A DNA stretch of 63,686 nucleotides, the filler included, from Kipferlia bialata (lineage: Eukaryota): NCBI GenBank assembly GCA_003568945.1. It is 6 parts of 6 records of this genome, joined end to end, with 100 filler letters (N's around TTAATTAATTAA, not from the genome) between each part and the next. Parts side by side here need not be neighbours in the genome. Positions count along the whole stretch, not along the records: positions 26,890 to 42,515 come from BDIP01000681.1; positions 42,616 to 50,599 come from BDIP01000682.1; positions 50,700 to 60,062 come from BDIP01000692.1; 3 more parts are not named here. One strand, written 5' to 3'. The translations under genes and the position numbers were made by a program. The notes beneath the pieces were generated by a model. It saw only the letters and a program-made list of their open reading frames with translations. It was not told the DNA's origin and did not search any database. Shown here in pieces: positions 38,765 to 50,810 of the stretch. The number at the start of each line of letters is the position of its first letter. Positions within the stretch are counted from its first letter, which is position 1.

Positions 38765-39040
38765 ATGTCTCACACCTCTGTGTGGGGCACCTCCACAACA
38801 GGTAGCACTGCCTTGCTATCAATCACTCTCTTCTTCTCCTCTCTCTCATAGGTGTCAAGGGTCTCAAGGGCGTCCTAAGAGTAAGGAGACTATATAGAGG
38901 TGTACAATACATCACTGTTTTCCAGAGAGCCTCTAGGGTCGGAATACTACAGTCAACGCTGACAGCTAGATCTGCTATAGTACTACACATCACAACTAAT
39001 GTTTTAGAGACATCGACTATAGTTGTATACATGTAGGAGT

Positions 39041-40622
39041 TACCTTTGAGTACAGCACCCTGCGGCATACCACCAGACACAGGAAGAGGCCAGAGATGAT
39101 ACATCCTACCATGCCAATGGCAGCCAGGGGGACAGGGATCAGGAAAGCCTAACGATCAGATATATATATATAGAGAGAGAGAGTACATATACACGTATAT
39201 AGAGACTCATGCCAATGGCAGCCAGAGACACAGGCACCGGGAAAGCCAAGAGTAAGAAAGAGAGTGGGACAGAATAGTATTACCAGTAGACATGATATAC
39301 ATAATACACCCACCTCATCTAGGTGGTCCTCGGGTGTGAGGCCATGATATGCGAGGTAGTCACTGCCAAACAGAACAACCTGTCAGTGAGGATATACATA
39401 TACGTCAAAATGAAATGGAACAGGAAGAGAGGGCAAGTTACATGTACCTGTGCACAAGACAGACCGGCCAGAACTAGGATGACACCTGGTGTGAGGCAGC
39501 ATTAGAAGAGTAGTAGTGTAGACAAGCATACATATACTATTACACAATATTCTCACCCATGCTGAGCACCACCGTGTGATAGGCCAAGTATATATTACAC
39601 ATATAGAACTCACATAACCAAAGGAAGGACTAGAGTGACACATATTACAAATATATATGTATGTATACAATATACATACCCATGCTGAGTACCACCGTGT
39701 GGTAGGCCATGCCGAGGGGTCTGTACACAGTCTCCCTCTCTGCCTCTCTCTCCCCTGCACCCTCCCCTGCACCCTCAGCCGGGTGGGTCTCAGCAACATC
39801 AGCCACTGCATCTCTCTCTCCCACAGTCTCTCCCTTGCCCTCCACTAGGGTGATGGCCTGGCCCTGGGGTCAGTCACGGTATAACTCTATACTGATGCTG
39901 TATGTACATATATATATGATACACCATAAAGTGAGCCTGACCTTGTATATGTACCATGTGACCCACTCTAACATGATGTTGAATGTCAATCACAGAAGAG
40001 TCACTACATATTTACGTGTATATATATACACACACACGCATATATATACATCCATGACTATAATGATTCTTGCCTTGTATATGTACCATGTGAGCCACTC
40101 TGCCAAGATGTATTAGTGATTATATGAATACATATCCATGAACACATATATATATCTATATTGAAGTTGTATAAATGCAGAGGATGTTCTACCTTGTATA
40201 TGTACCATGTGACCCATATATATATCCATGAATATAATAATCCTTACCTTGTAAATGTACCATGTGACCCACTCTGCCATGATGAAGTTGGACACGGTGG
40301 CCACCCAGGTGTCTGGATATGAGGGGGGGGGAGTACCAATGCCAACATATGATGGACTAGGTGAGTAGGAAGCTATATATACATGTGTATATACAAAGAG
40401 AATTTACCCCCCAATATCTATACAGGTATATACAGAGTAAATACTAATTCTAATATCTATGTAGGTACCTGTTGGCCAGTGTGCTGCTATCAGCCACCTG
40501 CCCACCATCATGAACAGAGTCAGTGCAGAGACACAGGCATAGGCAAGGGCAACACTCCACCTGGAGAATGGAGTCACTGAGTGCCTGAGATTAGCAATAC
40601 ACGTGTATATATTTATATACAC

Positions 40623-40659
<37 letters not shown>

Positions 40660-40722
40660 CAGGCATAGGCAAGGGTGATACTCCACCTGGGGAATGGAGT
40701 CACTGAGTGCCTGAGATTAGGA

Positions 40723-40775
<53 letters not shown>

Positions 40776-42253
40776 CAGGCATAGGCAAGGGTAACACTCC
40801 ACCTGGGGAAGGGAGTCACTGAGTGCCTGAGATTAGGGGTAGATGAATATATGGACACATTGTATGATACATATATGATACATAGAGACACATATATGTG
40901 CATATACCTCATGATGGCTGGTACCACGTAGAGACACGCTATGGCCGAGGTGTGTCCAGAGACAAAGCCGCCATGGTCAAAGGCACCCGCATAGGAGTAG
41001 GTGCCTAAGGCATTAGATCAGTCTACCAAACACAAGTATCCTAAACTCTTGTTACATAGACATGTATATGTGGATGTGGGTGTTACATGGTCAAAGGCAC
41101 CCGCATAGGAGTAGGTGCCTAAATAGTCAGCAAATGACTTGTCACACACCATCCAAAGTCTATATATATATAATAATTAATATATATAATAACACCATGG
41201 TCAAAGGCTCCGGCATAGGAGTAGGTACCTAAATAGTTAGCAAATGACTTCCAATCCAAAGTCTATATATATAATAATAATTAATATATATAATAACACC
41301 ATGGTCAAAGGCACCCGCATAGGAGTAGGTGCCTAAGGGGTGAGTAGAGGACTTGTCACACACCATCCAAAGTCTATATATATATTAATATATATACAAA
41401 TGTATATATACAATCCAGAGTGTACTCACCGTGTAGGAATGCCTCTGTGAATGTGAAGTCATCCATGTTGCGGGGTCTGGCCCTGGCAAAGAACATCTGA
41501 CGTCAGAGGTACCATATGGTAGTATACGACATATATTGAATCATCTCCATTCCTTGATATTAACATGCGCTATACAATGAGGCAGTATAGCTTTGTCCCT
41601 CTGCCCAGCCCGAGGAGAGAAAACACATACAATGAACTACACACCATTCTACCATACACTCAATGTATACTTTCATATCCTATAGATACTCTATGGCCAA
41701 TACCTTTGTCCCCCTGCCCAGTCCTAGGAGGGAGAATGCAAGGACAAGAGTCAGGACACCAAACCTAGGGGTGAGTATCAATAGACATATGTAATAGAGA
41801 ATATTTACTCCGTATACATACATACACTCATATAACTAAGGTGAGGATACTAATGTAATATGGACAATGCACACGACTATTTGTAAACATACCTCCTAGT
41901 GTTGACCTTTGATACCACCCCTCCCATCTTGGGAAAGAGGGACAGGAACTGGGGTAAAAGTATGTATAGTTAGTACAAAGAGGATACACATAATATATGG
42001 ATATTTGAATATACCTTGTACCCAAGCAGGTAACAGAGTATATATATGCGTATTAAACGATGTGTACTACGGTGACAAAGACCATACACATATATACCTT
42101 CGCCTTGACGGCAGGCACTGACCCCAGCAGATAGAGAGCCGAGATGGGGATGAGGGAGCCATAGGCAGCAATCTGGTGTAATTGAGAGAGAGAGAGAGAG
42201 ATGGGGGGATGAGGGAGCCATATGCAGCGATCTGGGATGCGACGGAGAGAGCA

Positions 42254-42288
<35 letters not shown>

Positions 42289-42477
42289 GGACCCATAGGA
42301 ACCATTATACTTGTATACTTACCAGCAGAGGCTCAGCAGTGAAGTCCCCGACCCAGGTGCCAAAGCCATCCTTCTCATAGATGGCTGGAGAGTGAGGACA
42401 CATATATTAATATACATATATTAATATACATATATTTATAGAGAGAGAGAGTGGCTGTCCTTCTCATAGAAGGCTGG
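39041..42477 (-). CDS. PAP2-family integral membrane (lipid phosphate) phosphatase; 3' end approximate
   Basis: All three PAP2 motifs appear after splicing: C1 K|MFFARARP (41704/41497), C2 FVSGHTS (~40960) and C3 GRWLIAAHWPT|D (40470-40505). Confidence 0.88.
39941..41340 (-). repeat. Three exon-echo arrays in the PAP2 gene
   Basis: Donor copies of EWVTWYIYK|gt (39941, 40072, 40191; true 40247). Acceptor copies of RHSVTPF.RWS (40658, 40774; true 40468-40585). Acceptor copies of GTYSYAGAFDH (41087, 41196, 41299; true 40973). Confidence 0.92.
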
Positions 42478-42739
42478 GGGGGGGGGGGGGGGGAAAAAAA
42501 TAAAAAAAAAAAAACNNNNNNNNNNNNNNNNNNNNNNNNNNNNNNNNNNNNNNNNNNNNTTAATTAATTAANNNNNNNNNNNNNNNNNNNNNNNNNNNNN
42601 NNNNNNNNNNNNNNNAAAGACTAGAGGGAGGGGGGGGGAGGGGGGGGGGGGGGGGGGGGGGGGGGGTACACACACTGATTGTTATACTTCCAATGCAGCT
42701 AGAGAGCTCGTGGCCCTGTATATAGAAACCTCCCTATAC

Positions 42740-43019
42740 CTGTGAGCACTGCTATCTGGGCCCTCAGCGCCTCCTCCTCCATGTCATACAGAGGCTGCTG
42801 CTTGGGTGCGCCAAAGCTACCAGAGAGACTACCGATAGGCTTGGCCAGGGAGAGCGAGTGGGACGCAGAGAGAGGAGCAGTGCTGCGGAAGTCCCTCTCC
42901 CCCACCCTGTTTGGCACCACCCCATTCTCAATGTCACGCATGACATCACGCTCCCGGTCACGCTCCCTGTCCGCCTGGGTGTAGGGGCCAGAGAGGCTCA
43001 GCGGAGAGTACGAGGACAT
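42740..43019 (-). CDS. First exon (low-complexity N-terminus), probably of the PAP2 gene across the gap
   Basis: ATG at 43019, open frame to an ACAG|GTATAG donor at ~42739; same strand as the PAP2 exons; divergent from the next gene. Confidence 0.5.
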
Positions 43020-43231
43020 GTCTCAACTTAAGATCCAGACTCTACAAGCGCTCTGCTGTGCAACTCGTCTTAAAGAAGAGAGGACACGAGTCGGTGTGTT
43101 TGTCAAAGGGTGTAGACGAAATTGTTGGTCTGAGGTGACCGTTGGAACGTCTCTCTCTCTCTATCCCTGACACTGGCGGCTGGATACTAGCTTGAGACAG
43201 CCCCCAACAGGTCTCTGTGTTCCCATTCCGG

Positions 43232-45842
43232 ATGGAGCCTCTCTGCTCGTTCGAGAGGCTCAACCCTCTGCTGCAGGTAATCGGGACAGTCCGACTCTAT
43301 CTCTACTGCATATTGGGTATATATATATATATATCATCTCTCTCCTCCATGGTATTCGTTGCGGCACGCCCATATGACCCTATTGTGTGATACTTAGCTG
43401 TATAGTTGTCTACATCTCTAGATACTTCCTCTGGGCGTTGGTATGTATCAATGATCTAATTTGGTACCGGTACCAACATATCCTATTTGTAGTCTGCTGC
43501 CAATTGTCCCTACATATCGCTGAAGCCCTTGTAATTGCACACTTATACTCCAATCCCACATATTTACTGTGTTATTTGCCCATAACGATCTCATTCGCAT
43601 AAATGGATGACATAATTGGGATCACTCTTACCCCCTTCTCTTATACCAGGGTAGCTACGTCCTTCCACTGGGCGAAGAGAAGGTTCAGAACTGGAAGACA
43701 GGTTGGTAGCAAATATATATTGAGTGTATTGTGTGAATACAGTTACTCACTATATATGTGACCTGTTTTGTGTTACTGTAGTACCCTGACCCCCTAGGTG
43801 TGCCCAGAGTGGCCTATGTACATGTGCACTCCCTGTGCTTCCAGAGTGGCGCGTCTCTATTTGGCAAGGGGCTCTCAGTGGGGGCCAAGATTGTAGACAG
43901 GTATACTCTCTCTCTCTTTCTGGACCTCAGTTTAGGTATACTTCACTGGATTTATGCAGCAATGTCACCCTGCTCCTCTCTTATACTCAGGTCACGCACT
44001 GTGCTCTCCTCTCCCTTTTGTGTGGGTTCTTCCCTCCCTGCCTCTCCCCCTCCTCTCTCCCAGGGGCCATTCCCATCAGGTATGACCTGGATGAGTATGT
44101 GATACCGTGCTGTATATATATCCCGTACAGTCAGTCTCGCCAGTCTCTCACTCTATTTAGCTATATATGGTAAATATGGTGATTGTGGCAGTGTCTGTTG
44201 CTGTACTTTGACTGACGTCCCAGCATACTCCCTCAGCCACTCCCAGGCATCGGTCCTGCCACTGCTCCCAGTGCAGGTACAGTTCCATGTATATGTTGCA
44301 TGTAGTTACATCCTCTATTTCTGCGTTTTAGAAGATAGTGGTACCCCCCCCCCCTCACCCCTCAGGCCCCTGTGTCCCTTCTGTTTGCCTTGACATACAA
44401 GCACTCACTGAGGGAGACAGCCACACCCACGCTCAGGTACCACAGTGAATACACATACTCTCTCTCTCTCTTATTGTTTCTCTCTCTCTGTGTGTGTGTG
44501 TGTATATACACTATACCTCTGACCCCAGGATCTCCATCTGCACTGTGGAGACGCATTATCTCTCTCTCTCTCTCTCTCTCTGTATTTATACACGCATTAG
44601 TATATACACTATACCTCTGACCCCAGGATCTCCATCTGCACTGTGAAGACACATTCTCTCTCTCTCTGTATATATATACGTATTAGTATATACTATACCT
44701 CTGACCCCAGGATCTCCATCTGCACTGTGAAGAAGACGAAGGTGGCAGCGGCATCAAACAGAGAGGAGAGGGAGAGAGAGAAGGAGAGAGAGAAGGAGAG
44801 GGGAAGGGAGAGAGAGACGGCAGATGATGCCCCAGACCATGTAGGGGAGAGAGAGACAGGGGCTGTGGACATTAAGGTGGGTTGTGTCCGTACCAGTCTT
44901 TCCTTCTCCGTCTCTATCCCTCTCTGACTGTCAGGGCTGCAAGAAGGCTGAGGTGCTGACGTGCAACATAGACCTGTCCTCTCTGATGAAGGGAGGCGCA
45001 CTCACCCACACCACACTCACACTCACACCGGTGGGGGGGAGCAAGGTGAGGCTCTCTCTCATACTAAAATGCCCTATGCTCTACTACTCTGTCTCCACCC
45101 CTCTTACCCCAGGGTAAGTCCCGCCTGACTGACTCTGACCCCTCGCCCTCCCTCTCCATCGGAGTGTCCCTGGCATCTCTGGCCATAGACACCCCGCTCA
45201 CAAAGGTGTGATAAACAGGGAGGCATATACGGTGGTGTTGCCTCTGTTAGTATTTACGTTGTTATTACTTCTCTCTGTACTCACCCCCAGGTCGAGTCCA
45301 TCCTGGCCCCTCAGTCCCCCTCCCCCACCGACCCCCTTCTCCCCATGCTACCCCCCTTGCATGCCCTGCTGGCAGACATATCCCCAAAGGTAGGGGGTGT
45401 ACTCTATATATATATATATATCTACCCTGTTCACCACACATCCTCACACCAGGAGACCTCCAGGTTATGCAGGTACCACCAGTACCTGGCACCATTGCTG
45501 CAGGAGGTGGCAGAGAGGGAGAGAGAGAGAGAGAGAGAGAAGAGACGCAGGGGCAAGGCCGCCAAGAGTGTGTCGGATGCCGATGCCTCCCTCGCCCTCT
45601 CCCTCTCCCACCTCTCCCTCAGTGCCTCGGACCACAAGCAGCCATTGACAGAGCTAGTCCCTCTGCCAGAACTACTGGAGAGAGAGAAGTCTGGCCACAG
45701 GGAGAGGGAGAGAGACAGAGACAGAGACAGAGACAGGGAGGGAGGCCTGTCAGAGACTGAGTCTGACGAGGGGTCCCTCTCCATGTCTTTCTGGCCCCCA
45801 TCCCAGACACACACAGACTCTGCCTACTTTGACTTCGCTTGA
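43232..45842 (+). CDS. PACS-like (furin-binding region / NT-C2-type) protein
   Basis: Spliced VPRVAYVHVHSL...LSVGAKIVDR|SRTVLSSPF...VSLLFALTYKHSLRE...LRISI...NIDLSSLMK parallels recalled PACS1 VPRLFSLTLKKL...VVIAVKLQGSKRILRSNE...LTFSLQYPHFLKR...INMAEVMQ. Confidence 0.6.
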
Positions 45843-46250
45843 CTTCCCTTTGGTTTCAACGGATCGACCTATGGTGGTTTGAGTGTCTCCGTGTCCTTTA
45901 TGTCGGAGATTTGTTATACTTTCGGTAGTGTGGTTAGGTTGTATTGTTGCTAGTGTATTTGGTGTCATTGGATCTTTAATGATCGGAGAGTTTATAGATT
46001 GGAACTCTGTATGATATTTCAGCCATGTCTTGTATTCGGACCGGGTCTTATGGTTTGGGCCAACAGGAGCCACTGTAAGATGTCTAGACCTACTCCACAC
46101 AAAAGTTTGACCCCCCCCCCCCCCCCCCCCCCCAACTCCCCCAATCCAATCACCTCTCCCATTACTACACTATTCTCACTTCACTATACCTCCTGATATC
46201 CAGGACAACTCAGCTTAACTAACCTGCAAAGACTCAGATCTAGTGCTACT

Positions 46251-47919
46251 ATGGGCGACAAGAGGATTGCATTCCAGACGCATGGCTTTGCCGTTGTGGT
46301 GTGCCGCCATCCTGTGTCAGGTATGCTCATTAAAAGTGACCCAGTCTGAGAATTACTAGTATATATATAGAATTACTAGTATACTAATATATACAATACA
46401 TCTTTTGAAGCTATACTTAGGATCCACACAACTCCATTCCTCATCATACACAAAGAATGTATATACGAAAGAAGGAATGGTCCTAATCCCATAGGCAAGT
46501 TCCTCGCTGTGTCTGAGTCCAGAGGCCGCGGCTGGTGGCTGCCTGCCGGCCATGTCGACTACGGCCAGACCTTTGTGGAGGCTGCACTGAGAGAGACACA
46601 GGAGGAGGCAGGTATCAATACCATATACATACATATATATACTATATATATGCATAAGACTGAATCAGTAGTGTAAGTATAAGTTATACTGATACTGGTA
46701 TTGCACTCAGGGAGACACAGGAGGAGGGAGGTATCATATACATACATATATACTACTGAATCAGTTGTATCAGTATATGTAATACTGATTCTGGTACTGT
46801 CCTGAGAGAGACAGGAGGAAACAGGTATGAGTGGCATATGCATATATACAAAGTATATGTGTATCCAGTAACTTCCGACACTGATACAGCCCTAAGAGAG
46901 ATACGGGAGGAGAGAGGAATCAGTGTCATGCATATATATATATATATATATATATATACGTTCTCTCTCTATATAAATATACACACTACTCATACTGATG
47001 GCAGGTGTTGATGTGACACTCAAGGGTGTACTGGCCGTGGAGCACTCCCTGACATCCCCCGAGACAGCCAGGATGAGGGTCATATTCTACGCGGAACCCA
47101 CCGACATCCACCAGGCACCTAAGAGCAAGCCAGACAGGGAGTCTGAGGGGGCAGAGTGGCTCTCCATCCCAGAGATTGAGGCTAAGAGGGGGCTGCCACT
47201 GCCACATGGCCTCAGGGGTGAGGAGCTCTTGCGGTGGGGTGTGTATGTTGCTGGAGGCGGTGTGATAGGGCCCCTGACAGTGTCTAGGAGTGGCAGGTAC
47301 GAGGGCATATTCAGGCTGAATGATCCAGGCCCGGTGTACGTAGGGACTGCCGCAGAGGCTGTTGAGAGAGGCCTCTCGTCCCCTAGCCACATGCAGCAGA
47401 GTGGCATAGATACAGCCAATCTAGACAGACATGAGGGTGCCAAGCAGTGGACCCCTCTCCACAGAGCGGTGGCAGATGGGGCGGAAGAGCGGGTTCGGTC
47501 CCTGCTGCTGGCTGGTGCCAAGCCTGATGGGAGGACACACAAGGTCAGGGTCATTGATACAGCTGAGATCTCATATATATAGAAGTACATACTCATATAT
47601 ATATCAGTAGTATACGCTCAGGATGTATAGTTCACAAACCATCCTTACCCAGGGAAGAACTGCACTTCACTTCGCGGTGAGCCGCAACAACGACGTGATA
47701 GTGAGACTCCTCCTATTGGCAGGTGCTACATATATTTACGAATATTTACCCCAATGCAACAGTATCAGTATTTGTTTGTATATTGTATGTATAGTATGAT
47801 ACTGACACTCAGGTGCTGACCCTTGTGCAGCCGATTCAGAGGGTAGAACACCGGCGGATATCGCAGACAGTGTCGGCGATGACAAGGTGCTGAGGCTCAT
47901 CCAGCTATCGAGGGAATAG
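46251..47919 (+). CDS. Nudix hydrolase (NUDT18-like) fused to ankyrin repeats
   Basis: Nudix box WWLPAGHVDYGQTFVEAALRETQEEA|GV, then MRVIFYAEP and PKSKPDRESEGAEW. Ankyrin repeats WTPLHRAV, GRTALHFAV and GRTPADIA. TAG at 47917-47919. Confidence 0.9.
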
Positions 47920-48080
47920 AGGCGCAGATTGTTACTTGCTGGACAATTGTATATCTTAATTATATCCCACTCTTCCGAATCCCACATTTCATCGAGTGAA
48001 CCCTTTTGTACTTTTTGCTTGTCAAACATCCAACATGGACTCATGACATCTCTCTTACAGTCCCATAGCATCCCACTGAT

Positions 48081-50599
48081 ATGCCACCGGAGGGAGGGCA
48101 CGAAGGGGACCGTTCTTCAGGACACCGCCGGCGCAGCACTAACGCAGAAAAGACAACAGAGGACCGGTTGAGAGTGGGAAGAGAGCCGACTAAAGGGAGT
48201 GAATGTCCGTCTGACAAGTCTAGTAACGAGACATATTTGCCACAGGTACCTGTACCACTTGAGTCTAAGCCCACAAACACTGAGATGGAGATGGATATAG
48301 ATGCAGGGACACGCCAGGTGTGTCTCTTTGACTCCACTCTTGCGTGCCACTATATACTTGTCACTCAGCTATCTACAGTTGTCAGTGACTATTTGTCAAC
48401 CCTTTAGTTGGGCCAACATTTGTCGTACTTTCTTGGTATCCTGTGGCAGTGTGACCTAACTCCCCAGACACCCGGAGATCACACTACTCCTGACCAGGGG
48501 TCTGACACCATGCCTCTAAGCCACTTGTGTGCCATGACTACCTGTGACGAGACGTTCCCTACACTAGGTAACTGGACATTGCAATACATGCCGAACCCAC
48601 GTCTGCAAACTCCCTATCTTTTTTAACCCCAGCCCTCCTCCACGCCCACTACAAAGCTGTCCACGATGACCTCCCCTACCAGTGTCCTGCCCCGGGTAAG
48701 GATGGCACAGTGTGTGGGATACGGTTCCAGACAAGAGGTACATACAGTGGGAGAGATACTCGTATACTGATATCATACTCTAGTGGTAATATCGGTACTG
48801 ATACCCACCCCAGAGTTGCTGGGTTTCCACCTCACAACACATCGAGAGGCAGACAAGTCCCATCTGGGGGTTATGCAAGGTAAAGGTCTCGGCCAACCAC
48901 GGACGTATATATATCCTCACTCACCCATACATTGCAAACAGTGGGAGTATCAATACCTATAGTACTCGTGACACTAGTAGGGACGCTATGTGTGGGGGTC
49001 ATGGCTAGTGAGTCTTCTTATAATGGCCGAAGCAACTGACCCCAGAGCGTCTGTCGCTCCAACACAGCGATACACACGAAACACTTCCCTACGATTGCCG
49101 TTCCAAGAACGGAGACGGCACTGTGTGTGGCATGAGATTCGGTACAAGAGGTATGTAAGCGACATTCTGACGTTACATCGCCCCAGCAACAGGACTCTCA
49201 CTCCATACATGCTCTTCTCGCACATAGCCAATGCACACAGCACGCGCAGGTATACCCGACGCACTAAGACCTATCCCTGCTCGATGTGTGAGGAGACGTT
49301 CAACACACACGGTGAGACACTAGTCCCTCAAACCGTCACCGTCTTCATAGTTTAGTGAGGGGCAACCGGCGGATTGGGGTGAAGTTGTGCTCTCGTATGT
49401 ATTTGCTTTCGTGCCCTTCGGTATCATAGTGGCATCACTCTAATATCCAGAGCTCTACATGGCCCATCGGAAGACCCACCGCAATGAAGTGCTTACGTGC
49501 CACCTGTGCCCCAAAGAGTACTCTTGCCACGTGAGTTACAAACTAACATTCCTTCCTACATAGCTCAGTGAAGACACAGATATTCAGTCTGAAATTTATG
49601 ATCGATATGCTCATTCTTTAGGGGAGTCTAAGATGCCATATCGTCAGTGCACATTGTGGAGTGAGATACCAGTGTCCATGCTGTAAGAGGTTAGTATGAA
49701 TGCAACATGGTTGATACAAATATGAGTCGTTCCTTCTGTGCGCCAGACTGACACCGTCAGTTAGTTGAGCTTAGGTCACCCAACTGTAGGTTCTGTTCTC
49801 TCCCAGTGTATCTATCATAGTGATACTACTAATATCGTGACTATTCTCAGTGTCAATACTTGTCCACGTTGACTCTGAGACTCAGGACCTACACTCTAAG
49901 ACATGGTGTGTCAGCGCACATGGAGAGGAATCACCCCTCTGTAGACATCAATGTAAGTCATTGGTAGAATACGCTAGATATTTCTATTGGGATGTATTAT
50001 TTCTGGATCAACTCTTCCTATCGCATGTGTTCTTCATCGCAGGAGACGCCACCCATATGTGTCAGGGTCAATGTCCACGGTGATATCGTAGGTGTACTGG
50101 ATTCAGATGCCCTCAGGACTCTCATTGGCCCACACATCGCATCAGTAGCTTCCTCTGTGTCAGGCTCGGATAAGGATCCAGAAAACAAGGTCAGTGTCTC
50201 GGAGCAAGACTCAGGGTGTGGAATAGTAGCATCGTCACTTGTGGTTGGGTATATGGTATGGTCGCCCGTGATAATTGTCAAGTATGCAAATACCCTTGCA
50301 TTTCCATGTGTTATGTGGTAAGAGTCGTTAAGAACGGGTTGTTACACACCAGTGGCATCAGGACTCGAAGCATCTCACTTCATTCCTTGATTGACGATGA
50401 AGTCATATGTATATGGTGTTGGCTCAATAGTAATGTCCCAATGTATATGTTATGTATGAATTGTTTATAGCGTGCTACTTATTACAAGGCTCCTGTTCCG
50501 AAGCCCTTTGTGTGTATCGAGTGTGACAAGTCATACGCAAGCACATATCGTCTCACTGACCATGTTGAGACAATACACAGGGGCAGGAGGTTGAAGTGC
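48081..50599 (+). CDS. Multi-C2H2 zinc-finger protein; 3' end in the gap
   Basis: YPCSMCEETFNTH|ELYMAHRKTH, LTCHLCPKEY...LRCHIVSAH, FVCIECDKSYASTYRLTDHVETIH and YQCPAP...CGIRF...FHLTTH. Confidence 0.8.
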
Positions 50600-50713
50600 N
50601 NNNNNNNNNNNNNNNNNNNNNNNNNNNNNNNNNNNNNNNNNNNTTAATTAATTAANNNNNNNNNNNNNNNNNNNNNNNNNNNNNNNNNNNNNNNNNNNNA
50701 ACCAGGGAAGTTT

Positions 50714-50750
<37 letters not shown>

Positions 50751-50810
50751 CCCGTCAATACACTCACCGAGTCCTCGATGACCCTCCTGCTCAACCCCAT
50801 CCGACCCCAG

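Noticed and set aside
1397..41340. Echoes as ordinary mutually exclusive exons
   Set aside because: Copies are partial, usually lack one splice site, and encode the same peptide, so substituting one would delete essential residues.
73..46925. Echoes as retro-copied mRNA fragments
   Set aside because: They retain intronic branch point/AG or GT flanks, and I saw none crossing a spliced exon-exon junction.
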